Below the pieces are notes generated by a model that was not told where the DNA came from, did not search any database, and saw only the letters and a list, made by a program, of their open reading frames with translations. The translations under genes were made by a program, and so were the position numbers. A stretch of DNA of 13,240 nt. Source: a bacterium (lineage in GTDB: Bacteria > Zhuqueibacterota > Zhuqueibacteria > Oceanimicrobiales > Oceanimicrobiaceae). The stretch spans positions 1-13,240 of the forward strand of contig JBHHYI010000115.1 of the NCBI GenBank assembly GCA_046757525.1, read 5' to 3'. Of this stretch, positions 6,267 through 13,240 are shown in pieces; positions within the stretch are counted from its first letter, which is position 1; each line of letters begins with the position of its first letter.

Positions 6267-6836
6267 TCAGTACACGAAGCCTCCGAAGCCCACGCCGATG
6301 GCGATGGTGTTGCCCGTCACCGAATCGCTAAAGCCATCGGGTTTAAACCGATCGTAGAGGTAGGCGACCTCGGAGGAAATCGCCAAATGGTCTTTGCGCA
6401 CCAGGATGCCGGCACCCAGCTTAGCCCGCAAACCTCCCTGGCTTCCACCGCCAAGATCGAAAGAGAGGTAATTGACGCCGCCAGCCAAGAAAGGAATAGT
6501 GTTCGAACCAGAGTCGAAGAAGTAGCCCACTTTAGGGCCAATGCCCAAATTCGTAAGGGAACTGCCGCCCTGCGACAGGTAAGTCAAGGAGACATCGCCT
6601 CCCAGGCCTAACCCGGGAGCAACGAAGTGAAAAAAGCTGGGGGCGATGGTGATGGTGGTGAAGCGGTCATTGTTGAAGCCGCCACCGTAGAGGTCACCGC
6701 CCTGGCTGGAGAACGAAGCCGTGCCGCTGATGAGTGCAGCCCCTTTGGCGGTTGCCGAACTTCTTGATTGGCTAAAAGCCAGGCTGACTGCGAGCAATGA
6801 CGCTGCAAGCGCGAGGACTAAGATTCTGTGCTTCAT
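6267..6836 (-). CDS. Outer-membrane beta-barrel protein (small 8-stranded type)
   Basis: GAGGAGG SD and Sec signal peptide MKHRILVLALAASLLAVSLAFS. Alternating amphipathic beta strands (GIGPKVGYFF, PFLAGGVNY) and a C-terminal aromatic (GFGGFVY). Confidence 0.88.
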   Translation of the reverse strand: MKHRILVLALAASLLAVSLAFSQSRSSATAKGAALISGTASFSSQGGDLYGGGFNNDRFTTITIAPSFFHFVAPGLGLGGDVSLTYLSQGGSSLTNLGIGPKVGYFFDSGSNTIPFLAGGVNYLSFDLGGGSQGGLRAKLGAGILVRKDHLAISSEVAYLYDRFKPDGFSDSVTGNTIAIGVGFGGFVY

Positions 6837-6891
6837 GGTTTCCTCCTCTTGTTTAGAGGTAACAGATTACTGAAGACGCATCTAATAAGTA

Positions 6892-6920
6892 AGACTACAT
6901 TCTTAGCCAAAATCTCTCAA
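6892..6920 (-). promoter_or_regulatory. Putative sigma70 promoter of the beta-barrel gene
   Basis: TTGAGA (6920-6915), 17-bp spacer, TAGTCT (6897-6892), just downstream of the terminator. Confidence 0.35.
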
Positions 6921-6938
6921 CAGGAGGCTTGAGACGGC

Positions 6939-6978
6939 AAAAAAAATCCCGGCCTGGTACTTTGACTGAAAGCCGGGA
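6939..6978 (-). terminator. Intrinsic terminator downstream of the 967-aa TonB receptor
   Basis: Minus strand TCCCGGC, 18-nt loop, GCCGGGA, followed by T8. Confidence 0.65.
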
Positions 6979-7056
6979 GTTTCTAAACAAACAACGTTAG
7001 TAGGTAATTGTTGGCGAAATGTTAGTTTCGCGTCACCCCAAAACCAAGTTTCAAGG

Positions 7057-7096
7057 GTAACGTCCGTCCCAAATTCCGATTTGAGACGGACGTTGC
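7057..7096. repeat. Long hairpin in the 3' UTR of the TonB receptor (REP-like or mRNA stabiliser)
   Basis: AACGTCCGTC-C-CAAAT-TCCG-ATTTG-A-GACGGACGTT, about 22 bp after the stop codon, with no U-tract. Confidence 0.65.
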
Positions 7097-7118
7097 ACAG
7101 ACGTTTCCGGGGACACCG

Positions 7119-10022
7119 TTAGAACGATTGCGTTATTTTGGCAAATGCGAGCCGTCCGATTTTTGGTGCGCCGGTGATTTCTAAGTGGTCGTTGTCAGTT
7201 AAATTCTGGATGGTGAGCGAGAGCCGCGTGTTGCGCGAGAAGGGCAACCGGTAGTTCGCATTGAGATCGAGGACGGCAAATCTGTCCGACTTGCCGATAA
7301 AGACGCCGGTGTTGACGGGAAAGCGGTCGACCCAGCGCAATCGCAGCATGCCGTCCAGACCTAATCGGGGGTTTCGATAGCCCAGGGTGGCCCCAAACTT
7401 GTTTCTGGGTGCATTGAGTGCCACGTCGCTGATGCCACCCAGGTTCTCGAAGAAATTGTCGTCCACAAATGAATAGGTGCCGCCAATACTCCAGTTGTTA
7501 TTGATGAAGTAGTTAAAGCTAATGTCCAGGCCGTTTAAGTTAACGTCGCCGAAGTTGCGATAGGTTAGAATGACGGCCGTGGGGTCAAAGGCCTCTTTCG
7601 GACTCACCGTGCCAAACGGGATGAATGCCGCACCGTTGTTGTCGGTGCCGGCTACAAATAGTTTGGTCAGCTCGTCGACGGCGGAGCCATTGCCGTTGCC
7701 GCCGGCTTGTGGATTGTCCAAAGCAAGGAGCAATTGGGCAAGTTGAGCATTGTTGGGATCTGCCAGGGCCGCGCCGAATTGTGGCCCTAACGAAGCCGCC
7801 AGAGTATTGGGATCCAGAAACACGTTCGGGGTTTCGACGATGAGGGGGCCGATAAAGTCCTCCACTTTGGTATGATACACATCCAAAGCGACGACGAGTT
7901 TTTTGGCGATGATGCCCTTGTAACCAAATTCAATGGTCTGGGTGGTGGTTTCCTTGATTCGCTTCACATCCACGGGATTCTTAGGGAAGAAAGGGGCTTC
8001 CCCCGGTCCGGCAGTGGGATTTAAAGCGAGCAGGACATTTTGGACTCCGCTCACCTGTTGCGGCACGATGCCCACGAACGCCTGGGTCAGGGCCGCAACC
8101 TGGGCCGGAATTTGGTCGGGCGGGACGCCCAGGCCAGCAAGCGCTTGTGCAACCTGGTCCTGAAAAGTGGGTAAAAAAGCACCCAGCACCGCCTGGCGCG
8201 CAAAGCCCCACATGACGTTGGTAAAAATGGGATCGTTGAGATCGATAAAGTCCTGGTTCGAGAAGCCCCTGGGGTCTAACGGCGCAAACGGAGAACGGAA
8301 GCGCGGATTGCCGCTGGCATCGAAATTAAAGTTGAACCCGGACTCAGGGACGCCCTGCGCCACGATGTTGGTTCCAAACGCTGGATTGCCAAAAGCGGCG
8401 CCGAGACCAAAGGCGTCTTTGACCGAGGTGATGTCTAAAAAGAGATTGTTGGTCGTGGGGGTGGAAAAGGCTCGGTTGTAAGTGACACGGAAGTTGTCGG
8501 TGGGTCTCGGTTTAAAAACCAGAGCCAATCTGGGCGAAAAAGTGGGGTCTTCGAGTCGGTTGTGATTGTCCACGCGTGCAGCCCAAACAAACTTCAATTC
8601 AGGCCTGATTTCAGTTTCGGATTGCAAATAGGCGCCAAACTCGTTGATATCGTCGTTGTTTTCATTTTTGCCGTTCACAGAGCCTTTGGTATTGGGACGG
8701 GTGATCAGGGCGTCCAGACCGTAGGTAAATAACTGCCGTTTACCCAGGGCCAGGCTGTGCTGGAGCTGGGCAACAAACAGGCTGGAATTGTCGATGATGG
8801 GCTGGCCTGTGCGCAACAGAAAGGTGTCTCCCGCGTCACTTTTGTTAAAATAGGCTTGAAAGAAAAGATCTTTGTAGAGAACTCTACCCTGAACGTAGCT
8901 GTAGTTCCAATCTTTAGCCTGTCCCGCGCCAATACCGGTCAATTCGATGTCGTTGGCCTGGTTGAATCCGCCGTTAACGATGAACGTCAGGTCGGGCGTT
9001 GCACGGAAGTCCAGCCGGCCTTCGAGACCTATTTTTTCGATATCGTAATCTCTCGCGCCGATGTTCAAGGTTTGGGGATCCGCTCCGGCTGAGATGGCGT
9101 CTTGCCGTGCTTTTACTTCAACCGGATCGGTGGTTTTGAAGTCATTGCCTTCATAGAATTGAGCGGAGAATTTATAGCCAATTTTGTTGTTGTAACTGCC
9201 GGCATGTCGTATAGAGGTCGTGAACAGACTTCTCTCCCCGCCGCCAATGCTGACGGTGGTTCCTTCCGAACCGAAAGGCGACTTGGTGAGCATGTGAAAT
9301 ACGCCGTTAGCGCTGTTGGGGCCATATAAAGCGGACCCCGGTCCCAACACCAGTTCTATCCGTTCGATGTCGTCGTTAGGCGTAGGAATGAAATTGTAGG
9401 CATTGACGCGCAAGGAAGGCACGCGCGCAATGCGGTTGTCCACCAGGGTCAACAGGGAGCCTGAAAAGATGTTGTTGAAACCTCGAACCACCACGTTGGA
9501 CTGACTTAACCCGGTGGTGACCATGTCCACGGCTGGCAAGGCTTTCAAATGCTCTGCTGGCGTGAGAACGGGTCTGGCCTCGATCTGCTGTGCTTCCAGC
9601 ACGGCAACATCGGCCGGGGCATCCAGTACTTTTTCCGGACGTCGTGAGGCGGTAACGGCGATTGGATTCAATTCAATGCCGGTTAACTTAAGAGCGATGT
9701 TTAAGACTTTGGATTCTCCGGCTGAAAGGACGATGCCGGTCAGTTCTTTCTTTTCGTACCCAATAAAAGAAACGATGACCGTGTAGGTGCCTGGAGGAAT
9801 GTTTTTCACAATGAAGCGGCCGGTGATCGTGGCAGCAGCGCCGGTTTGCACATCTGGTGAAGTTACGATGACATTAGCGCCAGGGAGGGCTTCCCCGTTT
9901 TCCTGGTCGGTGACGGTTCCGCTCAGGGTGGCCTGTTGGGCTAATGCCGCCACTGAACAGAAGATGATGAGTGAAGCGCAAAATAAAGCCGTTAACAACC
10001 CATGTTTTCCACCTGTTCTCAT
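7119..10022 (-). CDS. TonB-dependent outer-membrane receptor with N-terminal carboxypeptidase-like regulatory domain (967 aa)
   Basis: GGAGG SD and signal peptide. LSGTVTD..GEALPGANV...YTVIVSFIGY domain, VTASRRPE, plug motif DIERIELVLGPGSALYGPNSANGV, LTIQNLTD...GR and a C-terminal F. Confidence 0.95.
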   Translation of the reverse strand: MRTGGKHGLLTALFCASLIIFCSVAALAQQATLSGTVTDQENGEALPGANVIVTSPDVQTGAAATITGRFIVKNIPPGTYTVIVSFIGYEKKELTGIVLSAGESKVLNIALKLTGIELNPIAVTASRRPEKVLDAPADVAVLEAQQIEARPVLTPAEHLKALPAVDMVTTGLSQSNVVVRGFNNIFSGSLLTLVDNRIARVPSLRVNAYNFIPTPNDDIERIELVLGPGSALYGPNSANGVFHMLTKSPFGSEGTTVSIGGGERSLFTTSIRHAGSYNNKIGYKFSAQFYEGNDFKTTDPVEVKARQDAISAGADPQTLNIGARDYDIEKIGLEGRLDFRATPDLTFIVNGGFNQANDIELTGIGAGQAKDWNYSYVQGRVLYKDLFFQAYFNKSDAGDTFLLRTGQPIIDNSSLFVAQLQHSLALGKRQLFTYGLDALITRPNTKGSVNGKNENNDDINEFGAYLQSETEIRPELKFVWAARVDNHNRLEDPTFSPRLALVFKPRPTDNFRVTYNRAFSTPTTNNLFLDITSVKDAFGLGAAFGNPAFGTNIVAQGVPESGFNFNFDASGNPRFRSPFAPLDPRGFSNQDFIDLNDPIFTNVMWGFARQAVLGAFLPTFQDQVAQALAGLGVPPDQIPAQVAALTQAFVGIVPQQVSGVQNVLLALNPTAGPGEAPFFPKNPVDVKRIKETTTQTIEFGYKGIIAKKLVVALDVYHTKVEDFIGPLIVETPNVFLDPNTLAASLGPQFGAALADPNNAQLAQLLLALDNPQAGGNGNGSAVDELTKLFVAGTDNNGAAFIPFGTVSPKEAFDPTAVILTYRNFGDVNLNGLDISFNYFINNNWSIGGTYSFVDDNFFENLGGISDVALNAPRNKFGATLGYRNPRLGLDGMLRLRWVDRFPVNTGVFIGKSDRFAVLDLNANYRLPFSRNTRLSLTIQNLTDNDHLEITGAPKIGRLAFAKITQSF

Positions 10023-10145
10023 AATATTCCTCCCTCTAATGAATGAATAGGTTATTATTTAAGCCTTTGTTAAAAATCCTCCTCTGGTCAAGAAATGTTT
10101 AGCTAATAAGGAAAGTTTCTTAGGAAAAGTTGGTTGAAGCGCTAA

Positions 10146-10174
10146 AAAATAGTCTATTTGTTTCAAAAAAGCAA
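10146..10174 (-). promoter_or_regulatory. Putative sigma70 promoter of the 967-aa receptor
   Basis: TTGCTT (10174-10169), 17-bp spacer, TATTTT (10151-10146), with an AT-rich upstream tract. Confidence 0.45.
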
Positions 10175-10366
10175 GTATTTTTTGCGGAAATATTAATTTG
10201 GGCGTGCAGTGCCATCTCCTTTGAAAGAATTGGTGCAGAAAAAGAAGTTGTGCGGGGGTAACTGTTCAGCCAGTCACATGCTTTATCCAAGTATTTGGCG
10301 CCCGGAGTTTTGTTTTTGAGAGAAACAACAGGTGAACCCGCGCAAGAATGATATTTTGCTGAGGAG

Positions 10367-10497
10367 CGTCATTCTGAGCATATAACTCACCTCATTTGCC
10401 AATCTGCAAGTGAGCTGATGTGCGAAGAATTTTACTGGCTGAACTTACAAGAGGGGAATAAAAGGGGCTGCCCTCTCACTGCACGCTCTAAAATGAC
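10367..10497. repeat. Degenerate GTCAT...ATGAC REP-like element (copy D)
   Basis: CGTCATTCTGAGC ... GCGAAGAAT ... GCTCTAAAATGAC. Inner stem CTCAC (10386-10390)/GTGAG (10410-10414). Confidence 0.6.
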
Positions 10498-10540
10498 AAG
10501 ACGGTCGGGACTTTTTGGGCAACCCCATTTTGAATATTGT

Positions 10541-12970
10541 TTATAGCTGGTAGCGCAACTCGAACATCGCCAGTCGCTTAATCTCTGGTGAGCCGACAAA
10601 TTGCCTCTGACCATCGTCGAAAAGGTTGGTGATGGATACATTGAGGCCGAGGCCACGCCCGGTATTGTAACCAAAGAATAGGTCCACGGATTCAAAACCG
10701 CCAAGCGGTCCCCGATCCTGGAAAGGAGGGGCTCCGGTGCCTTTTCCTGCTTTGGTGGCTCGGTGACTACCAGAGATGAAGTCGTATTCATCCAAATGGC
10801 GTACTGTGAGGGAGGCAAATGTTCCCCGCCTAATAAAGTCGTTTACGGTAACGCCAAAATTGTATTTGTTTTCCGGAGCGTTGAAGCTCAGCTCATCCAC
10901 TTTCCCATCGCGGTTAATATCGTTGCGAAAGATTTTTCCACCCGCTGTGTCACTTTTGCTCGGGAAAAGGTCTCTGGCTTCGATGAACGAGTAACTGCCA
11001 TTGACGCTGACATGTTTGTTGATTTGAACGTTCACACCGATGTCCAAACCTTGGATATTAACTTCGCCAAAATTTACGTAAGTTGACGTGAATTCGGCTT
11101 GCTGGAAGGCATCGTTCCCAATTTTTACAATGTTCGTTCCGGAGAATGGATTACCGATTAACACGAGTGGACTGATGAAATCTTCGTAGCGTGTGCGATA
11201 CGCGTTAAAATCCAGAAACACTTGGTCGGTAACGAGACCTCGATAACCGAATTCGATAGACTCGGATTGCTCTGGCTTCAGCCTCGGGATCTCGGTGCCA
11301 TCGGCAAGCGTAAAGCCTCTATTGTTACCACGCAGCAACAACGGGAAGCCGGCGATTGGCGAAAGCGGCAGAAAGAGGAATTGGTTAAGGACGGCCGGAG
11401 CTTGAAACGCCTGGTTATAGGTCACACGAAAATTGCCGAACCCGGGCACTTTGTAAAGCAGCCCTACCCGGGGACTGTACTGGGTTTCGTAATTGTCGTG
11501 TGTATCAACACGACCCGACAACACCAATTTGAAATTTGCAGGCAGCTCGCGCTCTACCTGGCCGTAGAGACCGAACTGTTCGATGGTAATATCTACATTG
11601 CCGGTATCGGCCAGAAATGTACCTTTGCTAACCGGTTGATTATTCTCATAGTTAATTCCCAATATGGTATTAAAACCGGCGAACGTATTGTTGTACTGCG
11701 CTTCAAAATTAAAGCGCTCCGATTCATCCACGAATTTCGCCGCCTCTATGGCGTTGTCTTCTGAAAATCCGGCTTCAATAAACGCCGCCTTGGTATTGAT
11801 ATTGTGGGTCTTGCCGGCATCGTTGCCCGTTCGGTAAACCGTGGCAAAGAAATGCGGCGAAACGAGGCGCAACTGCTGGATATCGTTTACCCAGCCATCC
11901 ACTTGATTGCGGCTAATGTTAGTGGTGACGATATCTTCGACCCTGGCTCTTGCGTAAGTTGCAATCAGTTCCGTATTCGGCGTGAAGGAATAATACAGAC
12001 TGGCATCAAAGCGAAAGTGTTCGATATTGAAGTTTGGATCTTCAAGGGTGGCGTGGACGATTTTTCCAGTATTGGGGTCGATGGTCACAGCCGCTGTGTC
12101 GTTTTTAACAAAATCATCGGCTCTCACAAATTCGAGGTTCGCTTTATAAGCAATCTTATCGTTCAGCGCTCCGGCATGGCGGAAGCGGCCGATAAACGTG
12201 CTGCGTTCGCCACTGCCAATAACAGCAGTCGTGCCGAGCGACTGCCTGGGATGCTTTGTGGTGATGCTGAGCACCCCGTTGCTGGCGTTCGGCCCCCATA
12301 ACGCCGAACCCGGCCCAACAATGATTTCAAGCCGTTCAATATCTTCTTTCGCTACCGGCAGCAGGTTTCCAGGACCTACGCTGGCGCCGGGCAGCATGGA
12401 ATTACGATTGTCGGCAAAGGTCTGGAAGCGAAAGCTGAAGGCGGTCATGAAGCCGCGCGCATTGATCGCGATGCCGTCCACGCCGGTACGGTAAAAGTCA
12501 ACACCTTTGGCCTTGGCAATGGCTTCACCGTAAACGAATCCGGCACTTCGACGGATATCTCTGGCTTCGAGTACAGCGATCGTCGCAGGGGCATCAGTAA
12601 TTTTTTCGGGTTTGCGAGAAGCCGAAACCACAATCCCCTCGGTTTGGATAACGGTCTCCTGCAGGGTGAGGTTTACTTCTGTCGGAGTATCCACGGTCAC
12701 CTGTACAGAACTGCTTTTCTGTTCAAAACCTATCATGGTGACCGTAATGGTATAGGTTCCGGGGGGAACGAACTTGATTCTATAATCGCCGTCCAATCCA
12801 GTGGCCGCACCGAGATAAGTATCTTCGATAACGACGTTGGCGCCGGGGAGTGGATTACCAGCGTCGTCGATCACTTTACCGCGTATCGTTCCGGTTTGCG
12901 CCCATGCGGCAGAGGCCGAGATCGCCATAACACAAACCGCAGCAAGCAATTTCATGTGTTTTGTTTTCAT
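10541..12970 (-). CDS. TonB-dependent outer-membrane receptor with N-terminal carboxypeptidase-like regulatory domain (about 809 aa), paralog of 7119-10022
   Basis: The start is placed at ATG 12970 because GGAGG lies at 12976-12980. Signal peptide ending AAWA-Q, IRGKVIDDAGNPLPGANV, VSASRKPE, DIERLEIIVGPGSALWGPNASNGV and VSITNLFD...LRYQL. Confidence 0.95.
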   Translation of the reverse strand: MKTKHMKLLAAVCVMAISASAAWAQTGTIRGKVIDDAGNPLPGANVVIEDTYLGAATGLDGDYRIKFVPPGTYTITVTMIGFEQKSSSVQVTVDTPTEVNLTLQETVIQTEGIVVSASRKPEKITDAPATIAVLEARDIRRSAGFVYGEAIAKAKGVDFYRTGVDGIAINARGFMTAFSFRFQTFADNRNSMLPGASVGPGNLLPVAKEDIERLEIIVGPGSALWGPNASNGVLSITTKHPRQSLGTTAVIGSGERSTFIGRFRHAGALNDKIAYKANLEFVRADDFVKNDTAAVTIDPNTGKIVHATLEDPNFNIEHFRFDASLYYSFTPNTELIATYARARVEDIVTTNISRNQVDGWVNDIQQLRLVSPHFFATVYRTGNDAGKTHNINTKAAFIEAGFSEDNAIEAAKFVDESERFNFEAQYNNTFAGFNTILGINYENNQPVSKGTFLADTGNVDITIEQFGLYGQVERELPANFKLVLSGRVDTHDNYETQYSPRVGLLYKVPGFGNFRVTYNQAFQAPAVLNQFLFLPLSPIAGFPLLLRGNNRGFTLADGTEIPRLKPEQSESIEFGYRGLVTDQVFLDFNAYRTRYEDFISPLVLIGNPFSGTNIVKIGNDAFQQAEFTSTYVNFGEVNIQGLDIGVNVQINKHVSVNGSYSFIEARDLFPSKSDTAGGKIFRNDINRDGKVDELSFNAPENKYNFGVTVNDFIRRGTFASLTVRHLDEYDFISGSHRATKAGKGTGAPPFQDRGPLGGFESVDLFFGYNTGRGLGLNVSITNLFDDGQRQFVGSPEIKRLAMFELRYQL

Positions 12971-13058
12971 TTTTGCCTCCATATTGAGAAAAGATAAAAT
13001 TGGCTACAGTAATTTTGTGACCTTAAAACAGTTAATGAGCCATGTCTAATCACCTCCA

Positions 13059-13240
13059 TCATTTGTCGATTCTCTGGATAATTTTGTGATTGTAGACGTC
13101 CAGATGTACTGGTGAAGCCTTGATGATTTCATATTAAATCATTGTTGCCGGGTTAAACGGATTCTGATAATTGGCATGCAGGCAAAACGTCGTCGGACTG
13201 GTCACGTACGCCGCGGGTGGCGTCTACCGGTTTGGTTTCG
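13059..13240 (-). pseudogene. Decayed 3' end of a gene with a T9SS (Por secretion) type A sorting domain
   Basis: Minus frame reads PTTFCLHANYQNPFNPATMI*YEIIKASPVHLDVYN, matching the P..F.L.QNYPNPFNPxTxIxY...V.L.VYN pattern. In-frame TAA at 13134-13136. The upstream linker-like ETKPVDATRGVRDQ lies in a different frame. Confidence 0.75.

Noticed and set aside
6840..7030. c-di-GMP riboswitch upstream of the beta-barrel gene
   Set aside because: It lacks the GEMM GGCAAAC...GAAA...GACGCAAAGC core. The stem plus T8 is better explained as a terminator.
10023..10540. Cobalamin or TPP riboswitch, or Fur box, upstream of the TonB receptor
   Set aside because: I could not find the B12-box, the TPP CTGAGA core in context, or a convincing GATAATGATAATCATTATC match by eye. 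An Rfam scan would be decisive.
4336..12970. Heme uptake system made of the IsdG-like enzyme and the TonB receptors
   Set aside because: The genes are on opposite strands and separated by unrelated genes. No heme ABC transporter or Fur box is present, and the FRAP/NPNL heme-receptor motifs are not clearly matched.
7625..12997. Numerous plus-strand ORFs within the TonB receptor genes and ORF 10432-10818 (-)
   Set aside because: Antisense or alternate-frame shadows of long genuine genes, with no independent coding signals.

Overview
Bacterial accessory region, probably from an FCB-superphylum organism that uses Shine-Dalgarno sites (KSB1/Calditrichota-like; this is an inference from the T9SS-type C-terminal remnant, the carboxypeptidase-like-domain TonB receptors and the DUF4199/TM-LuxR pair). 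In coordinate order it holds a minus-strand block (apparently truncated DUF4199 protein, membrane-anchored LuxR regulator, DUF5946-like protein, DinB protein), a plus-strand block (GH113 lipoprotein, 50-aa basic protein, IsdG/ABM monooxygenase, KynB-like cyclase) and a second minus-strand block (small outer-membrane beta-barrel, two paralogous TonB-dependent receptors without SusD, decayed T9SS sorting-domain remnant). No rRNA, tRNA, CRISPR or transposase gene was seen. The most striking features are non-coding. Intergenic DNA is dense with several distinct REP/MITE-like palindromic families, and two nested inverted-repeat pairs bracket the cyclase gene. There is also a near-consensus sigma54 promoter with no clear gene behind it, a candidate LuxR operator, and a perfect 16-bp palindrome abutting a -35 box. 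One receptor carries two very large Ala/Leu-rich loop insertions. I cannot claim a new system with confidence. The best candidates are the TM-LuxR/DUF4199 module, the SusD-less receptor with large insertions, and the repeat-bracketed cyclase cassette.
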